A stretch of 64,000 nt of DNA from Klebsormidium nitens (Eukaryota; Plantae; Klebsormidiophyceae). The notes beneath the pieces were generated by a model that ran no database searches, was not told the origin of the DNA, and saw nothing but the letters and a program-made list of their open reading frames with translations. Shown here piece after piece: positions 48,444 to 58,800 of this stretch (position 1 is its first letter; each line of letters begins with the position of its first letter). The stretch covers positions 58,597 to 122,596 of the forward strand of contig DF237206.1 in the NCBI GenBank assembly GCA_000708835.1, given 5' to 3'. The translations under genes and the position numbers were made by a program.

Positions 48444-51400
48444 ATGAAGTCTGGGGGCAAAGTTGAGATGGTGTCAGCTTTCTACAGCCTGTTCCATGGG
48501 AAGCAGCTCTTGACACTCATTGCGCTGGTAATGTTTGCCACCCTCTCCCTGATCGTCACTGCATCTGTGAGCTCCCAAGGGCTGCGCACGACTCTCCTAG
48601 GATATGGCGATTTCGCTGGGGGCCTACTTGCGAGTGACGAAGCGGATAGAACGGCGCAGGATGGGGCGGAGCATTTGAACCACAGCTTTGCACTGAGATT
48701 CAACGGAACGGAGGCAATGCGGCCGATGCAAGAGCTCGGGGATTCGATCATTCCCGCCTTGTATGCGTCGCACAGATACAAGGAGATGCGTGACAAGTAT
48801 CCAGGAAGCAAAGTAAGTAATCAACAGCGACTCCTGGTCTTACCGGTCTTTCTGAATCCTGCCATTGATAGTTTGCGAGATAGAGCGTGTCGATCCTTCG
48901 TTGCAACCTTGTCTGTTGTCTAACGATCTCAGTAAGGGGATACGGGTTCATGTATCCACTTGACTGTTGTTTGTATGGAAAGACCTTGACTCCAAGCAAT
49001 GTTCTCCCAACATCTGTGCACTGCTGCCTGTCCATCTTTGTCTCTTTCTCAGATCCTATCTTTGGCGAGGCTATCAATCCTGTCTTTGACCCCTCATCAA
49101 TATTCACAAACATGAAAGGCTTCGCACCTAGAGTGAGTGATGTCTTTTTATCTGGGCTGCCTAAGAGCCCATCTGTCTTTGTTTTACGCCAGCTCGTTGA
49201 TTGATCAAAACCCTGAAATCACGCGCAATGATCGATCAGCCTGAAATCTTTCACAAACAGTCTCTTTCCTTATCATCACAGAGCACTTTTCCCGCTCCAT
49301 GCTTCTCACATTGGCTCCCCAAGACTCGCCCCCCTGTGAATCACCGCAGCACGCATGTCGAGGCGGCTGTACCTGTTACAAAGCCTACCCGTTTTTCGTG
49401 AGAGCAAGGCACAAAACCTTCAAATGTTCCCCCCTTTCTTACAGTTCTTTATCCGGCGGCCGATCCCGGTGGTGGGCACTCCGGTGCTGAACAACGGACA
49501 CTGGCTGAAGCGCCTCGTGTACAGCATCGATGTACCGGTGCGCATGATTCAGATCATCGTTGGGACTATGCCGGGCTCTAAGACCATGGACACGTCTGTA
49601 AGGGACGCGCTTGAGGAGCTCAACCAGAGGTGCGCGACGAGCCGTACACTCGTGTTTCCGCTCTTCTAGTTTTCCAAGTTTTAGATTTTCGGAAGCCGCG
49701 TCTCATCAGGAATGCTTGGCTGCTAAAGTTATCAGCTCCTGGAGTGTACACAAACTCTAGCCTTGGAGAGTCTCCAAAATCACAGGCAATTCTGGCACCA
49801 CGGTCTGCTTTTCAAGCTTTCAGGAATCCGGGCTTCGCCGCTTTGAGATCTTTACGAAGCGGAAAGCAGGTTGGAAAGGCCCCTTTCTCTATTTTGACGG
49901 TCACCTTTCCGTCAAGGGACAGTCCAACGCCTTGCGGCAACTTCAATCTGGATTTCCGACTTCCGTCTTTCTTCTTTTCTTCTCGGCAGGTCTTTAGTTG
50001 CTTCGTCGCCTCTTTTAAGGATAGCGCCCATTCTGACCAGCAAGATCCGAAGGCTCTTTTTCCTCCTCCTTCGAGATCATAAAAATCCTACCCAGCAGGA
50101 CAAAAGCGGGGGCTCTTCACGGTCGACCGCTGATTTGGACTGTGACAGGGGCTTAGTACAGGGTCCAAAATCCGCATAGAAGGCCTTCAAACGAGGCGCT
50201 GGAACATCTCGGATGCCACTCGAATACTTGAAACAACTTCAAAAGTTGTTTCCGTCTACATTTCTCCTTCTCAAGCTGCCCCCCAGCTTTCCTCCATCAT
50301 CGACTTAGCCTTCAACATAGGCGATAAGGAGTCCGGACAATGTCGGCAAAAGGCACCCTCAACTCTGAAAGCGTCTGAACTTTCCGAACCGGACCTTAGG
50401 ACTTTCTCTGTCTCGACTTTCCTTTGTTCAGGCTGCGCCGCGGTTTCGTCTCCTTCATTAATCGCCGTTGCAACAGGGTTCACCAAGGGGGACCCGACGA
50501 TTCAGAAGAAGGCCTGCATTTCTAAGCTCAATGCGAGAGAGCGTTTTGTCCGAACACGGTCCGAATCGCTTTGCCCCAGTCCGAAGCGGGTCCGAAAAGT
50601 TCGAGCTTAGTCCGAACACGTCACATGTCCTAACACGTATCGAAGATGGTCCGGATTGAGTGCGAATCCGGATCGAACCGGGCAGCAGATTTAGAAGGCT
50701 TTCGAACAAAGGGTTTCCCGCAGTGAAGAAGGCTTTCTCATTCGAGAAGGCAATCTGGGCACCGACCTTATGATTGAAAGGCGCTTTGTCTCTCCGCCTC
50801 CTCTCAGGCTGCCCCCGGGTTTCTTGTCCGTCGTTGACATGGGCTGTAACATGGGCTCCGGCGGCGGGTGGAACGCAGTCTTCGAGCACAACTTAGACGC
50901 GCCCTGGTACCTTCTGGTCAGCGGTGACGTGGCATTCGCCCCCGGCGCGCTCGCGCGCATTCCCGACGAGCTGGAGGACCCGCAGAACGAGAAGATCTTC
51001 GCGTTCATGTACTCGCAGTTCCGCTTCTTTGCGCTGCGGAGGGAGGCGGTGAGCGGTCCAAAGTGAACAAATGGATTGTAGAAAAGTTTCACACTTAGGG
51101 TATTTTGGGTGTACATGGTTTCAGGGTGTTGCTTGAAGTGTTGTCGTCGCTTTAGGCGAGCGTCACGTGGTCTCGTCTCACACGCTTACTGGCTCGTTTC
51201 GCGGGCGGAGAGGCTACGGTTTATAGTTCTCCAGAATTCAAATGGTTCCCAGATGGAGTGAACGTCCAGTATTCGTGGTCGTCCTAGCGATTCAGTAGAA
51301 GGATCTCGTCCGTAGTATGGTGATCAGAGCGGGTCAACTACGGCGTCATGTTTGTGGGTTAGGGGTCGTGGTTAAGCCACTGCCACCGCGCACGTGCGTC

Positions 51401-54400
51401 TAGCGGTTGCGCTTTACAACAATGAAAGTTGTTCGATGTCTATTCACGGGAAAGAAGTACTGCTTGCGGGATCATACCAAGGGCGTTTTCTTTCTGCATT
51501 AATTGAAGCACGATTCACGACATAGAATGAGATCTGGATTCTCGTCCTCAAATGGTCTCGTTAGACTTGAGCGTTTTTAAGTCGCTTAAAGTATAGAAGC
51601 GCGACGACCGATTTTGTGACCTCGCCCGCTGGGGAAGAGTCACGTGGAAAACGGACTTGATTCGACAGGTGCTAGAGATTTGGCACCCACCTAAGACACG
51701 CCAGTTCATCACTCAACTCACTATTCACATAATGACATGCACTGTAAACGAAAGGTCGACTTTAAGGTCAAGGGCGACCCTAAACATACAACATTCCAGA
51801 TTGTTTTCGCCCAGTGGAAAACTTCGAGATCGTTTTGATTGGGACTGTTGCATCCTAAAACCTTGAGTCGATCTTAAAGCGGCCTATCATTCATAGCGAG
51901 ATGAGGATGTGACGGAGGCTAGAAATCGGCGCGCGCAGCTCGACCTGGTGGGCGTGTGGGACGAGAACATGTGGCCGTCCTACTACGACGACAACGAGTA
52001 CCAAGCGCGCATGGAGCGCGCGCAGGCGCTCACGCCGGGCGTGCAGCGCATCTGCTACATCGGGGAGCCGATGCCCGACGGCCGTCGATTCGATGAACCA
52101 GCGCACATCCACGGCGGAAGCGAGTTGCTCGGGCCGTACGCTGACGTCTGGCTGGAAGAGGGGGCGGAGCGAATCTCGGGGGCGCTGCGCGCGGAGCCCA
52201 GGTGTGTTCCACAACTGTAAAGCCTTTTAAGTCACTTACCGTTTTCCCCTGAAACGGCATCCTAAATGCGGCGAATCTAGGATGCTGTATTGACATAGGG
52301 GTGAATAGAGGGGCGGGGCGGGTCTCGGGGGCGCTGCGCGCGGAGCCCAGTTGGGTGTCAGAGCTTTCCGGTTTTAAGTTTGTAGGGTTTGAGGCCTCTG
52401 AAATTTGAGTTTTTCGTTGGTGGACGTGAGGGTTGAGAAAGGGGCGCAGCGGCCCTGATTGAGGAGCCCGCGTGAGTCTCAGGGTTGCAAAGATTCAAAA
52501 TGTTATAGGGGTTTTGAAGCTATTGGATAGCCAATCAGCCTCAATCTGAGGCTGGTTACCAGGCTGGTTATCGACGTAACTTGGATGTAAGCAGGCTGCA
52601 ATCAGCCCCAGTTAACTGCCAGTTTCCTCTCCGCAAGGCAGTTTCCTCTCCGCAAGGCATTAGGATTCTGGAATGATGTTCAACAGCAGAGAAGCGAAGA
52701 GTTCCGAGTTGAACGGATGAGCACCCCTGTACGGGAGGGGCTGAAAGGCCCAAACGTCCACTACAAGAAGATTCTTTTTCGTCTTCTTCTTCTTCATCTT
52801 GTCGCTCTTCTTCTCCTCTTTTTCTTCGACTAAGAAGCATTTGGCGTGTCTGACAACTTAGGCCGGGGCCTGCTGATTGAGTGTAATTTCCGCCGCCGGG
52901 ACGACCAGCAGTTCTTGTTTTCAGTCACAACTAAAGAAACGGTCCTGCAGATTGGAAGACATGCGCGTGGAATGACGCGTTTTCATGCTAAGCCCCTCCC
53001 ATTTCCATGGCGTCTTCGCCTAGAATCGGCAACGTCCTGACCTTTTCATCCTGGTTGGACCCAATCGCAAATGCCTTCCAGAAAGGAGTCAGCTGCTCGC
53101 ATCGCCGGCAGCTCACCATCTGCCCCGCGCTTCTGGCCCACTCCGGAACCGCCACGTGTCCCTGTCTCAATCGTCTTTCCGTTCCGGTCGCCCAGGTTGG
53201 CTGCCCGGAAGGGTCCTTCCGGGTTCAACTCTCTGCGGTTCATGATGAACAAGTACAACTTCTCGTATTGGGAAATGAAGCCGAAGGAGCAGCTCGAAAT
53301 CAGCTGGCGCCTTCCCTTCAACAACCCAGAGAGGGGGATCCCCCGCTGGGTGCTCGACCCAATGGTGCGCGCGGTGCAGGTACGCGCGCGGCCTGCCGCC
53401 GGTTGCTTGGGTTGATGCAAACGAAGTGCTGTTTTCAGGTTGCATTTGAGTTCGTATCCGAAATTCTGCGGGAGATGCCCTTCTCGTTGTCTTGGGTGGG
53501 TTGGATTTCTCCTGTTCGGTTGACCGAGGTTTATTCTGACTTCGGACCGGCCTGGTAAAGGAGTTAGACAGATCTCCATGCGTGATCGATCTGCAGCGCT
53601 TTAAAGGCAACAAATCGATCCCTCGGGGTTGTTCTGTGCTGTGAATTTTTGACTGAAATGAAATGAGAGCGCGGCGCCCTCTAGAGGCGATAGTTGTCGA
53701 GATTGGCAGATTGATCGTGCTTATTCCAGGCCGCTTTGCGTTTCTGGCAGTGCTAGATATGGAGATTGCAGAGCTCCTTCTTAGGTCGAGTGCGAAGCCC
53801 GCGAGGCTTCCAAACAAAATAATGGATGAAATGGACAGTAATAAGCGAATACGCCTGATCTAGAAGACAACATCCAGACGAAAAGTGCCATGCAACTTGC
53901 CTTGGCTCCTTCTGGCATTTAGTAACCCCGGCCAGAATTCCTTTTGTCAAGTTTTGAGGATTTCAAATTGCCAGACCGTCTCGTTCACAGGCTAGTTCTT
54001 TGGGCTTCTCAACTGCGCTCCTGTAACCTAGACGACGACCGCTCGAATGCGATATTGCACCGACGTGACGTCATCCAGAACCACAGTTCTGACCTGGCTG
54101 CTCGACTGTCTTGTCCGATAAAACCAGCCTGAGGAACAGAAAGCATCCGCTTTCTACCTTTCGCAAATTGTTTCTATACAATCATTTACGTACTTTTGAT
54201 TCGACACTGTACCGATCATTCACGTACTTTCGATTCGAATACCGATCATTCACGTACTCTTTGTTTGACAACGACGTACAAGAACGCAGCCTCACTTCAG
54301 CTGCTTCTTCCCATCTGCAGATGTCGATTTGGAACCTGGACAACGACATGTTAAATGCCGTTTGGGAGCGGTATGATTTTTCGGGGATGCTCCCGGGGGA

Positions 54401-54596
54401 CACGCGGACCGACCCGGAGCGCGAGTGGAAGGACACGCACGGGAACGAGCTGCAGATGGTGCTGCCACGTGGCATCAAGTTCAACACCGAAGCATTTATT
54501 GCGGCGCAGGGCCCGCAATGCGTGTCGGGCTTCGCGGCCGCGCAGGGGCTCGTGAGCAACTTGTTGAAGATCCAAAGGGGCGGGACGCCCGAATGA
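48444..54596 (+). CDS. Type II membrane-anchored GT-A fold glycosyltransferase, GT2-like (bacterial/phage-type catalytic domain)
   Basis: Exons 48444-48812, 49445-49629, 50808-51048, 51939-52201, 53196-53379, 54321-54596, phases consistent. N-terminal TM LLTLIALVMFATLSLIVTASV. GT2-like motifs IPVVGTPVLN..WLKRLVYSID, NMGSGGGWN, WYLLVSGD, VGVWDENMWPSYYDDNEY. Confidence 0.75.
54185..54260. repeat. Short imperfect tandem repeat (taccgatcattcacgtact core) in the last GT intron
   Basis: taccgatcattcacgtact occurs twice, and a third partial unit (atcatttacgtact) precedes it. Confidence 0.7.
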
Positions 54597-55135
54597 CGCG
54601 CGTGCTGCGAGGCCAAATGACGTTTGGCCTCGAATTCTTGCAGTTATTCTATGCAAGAATAACTGCTATTCTTGCATAGCAGTTAGCAGCTTTGTATGGT
54701 GTCAACATGCAAACGGAGAACAAAATGGAGCTTCGCACTTCCAGTTGGAACTCCGGAAAGGATACTCGGGACCAACTGTTTGTTGACACTGCGTTGGCGC
54801 ATGCCAGTCAAATTTTGCCTCAGAATTAGTAGATGCAATATGAACGTGTATAAGCGCTTTGGAGAGCTTAGGGCGTATGGCTATATCATTAGTACGACGG
54901 CGAGTTGTAGAGATCTACATATGTAGGACAGCACTTCAACTGCTTGTGGCGGACGGGCCCGACGAGAGATTGCAAACTCTTACGTCTTTTGGCCCATGCT
55001 TATATATCTGCATATGTCGTGATTACCGTCACGTACAATACACCTGCAGTTCTACCGTACCGTCCAAGTATGTACATTATGTCGCTCATATTGCCGGATC
55101 GAATCCGGGTCATGCCTTATACAGTCTTAACTCGT

Positions 55136-55168
55136 AGTCTCATGTCAATTAGTAATTGACATGAGACT
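55136..55168. repeat. Perfect 15-bp inverted repeat with 3-nt loop
   Basis: agtctcatgtcaatt-agt-aattgacatgagact, between the convergent GT and PERK 3' ends. Confidence 0.9.
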
Positions 55169-55885
55169 CATATACCAGTTAGGCGGCCGCATGACGTAAC
55201 TGGATCTGAAAACTTAGTGGACTCGGTTCAGAAGCATTTACGTACTGTCGCGACCAACTGTCCATATATGAACATGCGGCATGTATTTGGGCTCACTTTG
55301 CGCGTCCGATGCGGTGGTCCGTTTCTAGGCATGCCAGGGGACACGCGGTTCACATGACGTTGCCGACTTTCAGGACATGTAAACTTTTCGGAAGTAATAT
55401 AATGCAATTAGATACTTTCTTGAACTCCGCAGTCAATAAGTACGTACGGCCCAATGCAACTACCTACTATAGAAACCTAGACGTGCAGGGCCATATGCTG
55501 GCAAAAATATCGTCTACCTTCAAATTTTAAGAATCACTAAACATATCCGGACAGGTTCACGTCCCGATCAAGCACAATACTGGGCCGCATGCAATCAAAC
55601 AGCCGCTGTAGTTCATGGCACACTCAAATGCCTCTTCAGTACCTTCAACCGTTGTAAAGTAGCTGCAAACGCATCCGAAGAACTAAGCCACGTACCATCT
55701 ACATCAGCATTCTGGAAACCGTACCTCATTTCCTTCAATAATCCTACTTCTCTGCTATTTTACTCAAGTTTCTGATATCCGAACCTCCTTCCTTTTCTAC
55801 TTCATAAAGCTCCCAAGAAACAATAGATAACCAAATTGTAGTGCAGCCGCAACGTCATTTCATATGCTGGCATGCCAAGCTCCAA

Positions 55886-58800
55886 CTACCTCCCCTCCCC
55901 ATCAAAGCGCTCCGGCATTACGATTGTATTCCCACCATAGGCCGAGCCACCCATTTGGCCGGAAGTGTACTCAGATCCGGAAGAAGACTGGCTGTATTGA
56001 CTCTGCTTGAATTCGTCGCTGCTACCTCTGCTAGAGCGGCGGGGCCCCGGGGGCTGACCATAACCGGCCGGGTTTGGCGAAGGACGACCCGGAGGGGGGC
56101 GAAGCATGCCTGGGGAAGTGGGGGTAAGCGAGCCCGAGCGGCTTTGCCTTCCCGGTGGGGGAGGAACGGACGAGCCCGAGCTTGTCGGGCGCAGATGAGC
56201 GAGCTGAACCTGCAGATTAACGTGTCTGCTTCAGCACTGAACAGAAATACAACAAACACGAAACATTACCTAGATTTAACATAGTAGATTCAGAAAAGTA
56301 GACGACAACTGCAGAGAAGCATGATATGACTGGCTTCGGAGTTAACAACAGTCCCTGGTTAGACCAGGTTGCTAAGATGGTGTTTGCCAGATTCCTCGAG
56401 GGATCGGGGAGTCAAGGTGCATGCCGAACATGGGCTTCTGCTCTGCTGGCATGAGAAGCTTGACGGCAGCACATGCAACCCTCGCGCGCAGGACTCCAGC
56501 CTTGCAATTTCACCACTCTACTCAGCGCTACCCCCGAACCACTGATCAATCACACACTCGCCTCCTCTCTACTCGCTTCGGGTCGAGACCAAAGCGCAAT
56601 TATGCTTTTCCAAAACTGCCCGCTGCTTAAACCAGTCGGGAACTTAAACGCACGTTTCTCTCTTGACAGAAAGAAAGTTAACTCCAGAAACTTAACAAGA
56701 TCTTTCGTCAGGACATACCTGCGCCGGCCTGCCCATCCCGGTCTCCTCGTCCTCGTCCCACCGCTGGTCGCCGTAAGGGTCCACCTCTCTCTGCGGCTCC
56801 CTATGCTCGTCGATGATGTCGAGGGCGACCTCGGCCGAGTGCGGGCCGCTCGCCTCGCTCCGGTACGAACCGCCGGACCGGCCTGCTGCAGAAAAGATAA
56901 GTTGGAAAGCACTTCTGCCTCTTCGGATTCTTGAGCACGGTTTCACGTCAGCAGAGTAACAAGGTTCTTTTGCTGACGTGAGGCTATTAGAAAAAGCCTC
57001 GCGGTCTCTTGGGGGGCTCGGAAGAGGTGCAAGGGGAAAAAGAAATGAAAGGGCAGAACTGAAAAGTAAGAAGAAGACTCCCGCACTTACTGTTAAGAGC
57101 GCCTAAAACTAACACCTTCGCTTGCTGAACAAGCGCATTCAGAGAAAAGTATAACCCTCAACGAAAACAAAATGATGCAACTGGACCACGCTTTCATGCC
57201 ATTGTACTTCTACGCCGCAGCGCATACAGGGGAGGCTGAATACAAGTACTTCCGCTATTGCAAAATGGTTAGTGCTCATCGCGTCTGCCACTTACGAAAA
57301 GAGTCGCTGGTTTCTCCGAACCGGCCGAAGCAATATGCGTTTAGTGCAAGAAGATCGCTGATTCTTCGAGACCTACCCTGCATCGGTAATGCGGCGGCAG
57401 GCCCGGAAGGGTACCCCCCCTGGCTGGACTGCGAGTACTCCCCGCTGGACGGCGCCTCGCTCCCGAACTCACTGCTCATGTACGGGCCGCCGCCGAACGG
57501 CACCGAGTCGAAGCGCTGCGTGGGCTGATAGTTGGAAGTCGAGTCGGGGCTCAGGCCATCGTCTTCCAGCATGCGCACGACCTGCATGAGAGGGAAAAGG
57601 AACATGAAACGGATGTCGGAAGAATGTCAGAAACATGAACAGTCTGGAGATAGGAGCTCGTGGGAGTAGGAGAGATTGCGAGCTGGGACATATGGTTCAT
57701 GTAAGGCTCCGGATGGCACCTCACGTTTGTGCTGAACGTGGTAGATAACAGGGTACAGTCAGGCACCACTGGGCCAAATGAACAACTCGAAACGGGAGGA
57801 GAGAACACGGCAAGCCCTCCATTCCTTTGATTGTGTGTTGCGGCAATACTACAAATGCACGCCTCCGCTTACGATCAGAATCCTCGTACTCAAGCAAGAC
57901 CCTTCAAAGCAACCTCTCGAAGTCTCCGAATCTGCGACCCACCTGCGTCATGCGGGGCCGCTTGGTGGCGGTGCTCCGGATGCAGAGCATGGCTGCGCGG
58001 ATGAAGCGGTGCATCTCGTCGGGGTCGTAGCCCGAGGCGTTCAGCCGAGGGTCCACCAGCTCGTCGTACTGCTCGCGCATCAGAATGGGGCGCGCCTGCG
58101 AAAACAGAAAGGAACTTTTTGAACCCTATAGCCGCTGGAACGAAAGCGTCTCTTAACTTCTGGCGTATTCGATCAGCGGTCCGTGGACCGTTCGTTACTG
58201 CTTGAGCATGTGATGCGTGCTTGAAAGGAGGCGAAAAGCGCTGCTCTGATCTTTTGGAGGCATGAAATCCAAAACGTAGGACGTATGATGCTACAAAGGT
58301 CTGCGGTGGTCCCACGTCGTGAATGGGTAGGTGTGCTGTGAATCTTGTTCAGACGACTAGGTCTAGGGAAGATCAAAACCTTGTGGCATAACAGGGGACG
58401 CTATTGGGACTTGAGGGGGCCGTCCTAGCACTCCCAGCAGAAACGCGAGCTGGATCCGCTAGATTCTCAAGCAAAGTCGCAACACGGCAGCACTAGCGTT
58501 GTCTTGGGCTTCCATTTCTCCATTTCCTCGTACCAGTCCACCTTCCGCCTAGCATTCATATCCCAAGCTGCGTCAAATGACCCAAGTCCAGCAACGGAGA
58601 AAACCAATGTCAACAGACATCAACCACAAACCGCTGCAAATGATTGAGGACAATTCACTACCATTTTTGAGACGTTGCTTCGCTCACCCATTCCACGAGG
58701 CTCTCTTGGCCCGCTGGCTGCGACATGTCAACGGGGCGCCTGCCGGAGATCAACTCGAGGAGCACAACCCCGAAGCTAAACACGTCGCTCTTCTCCGTCA

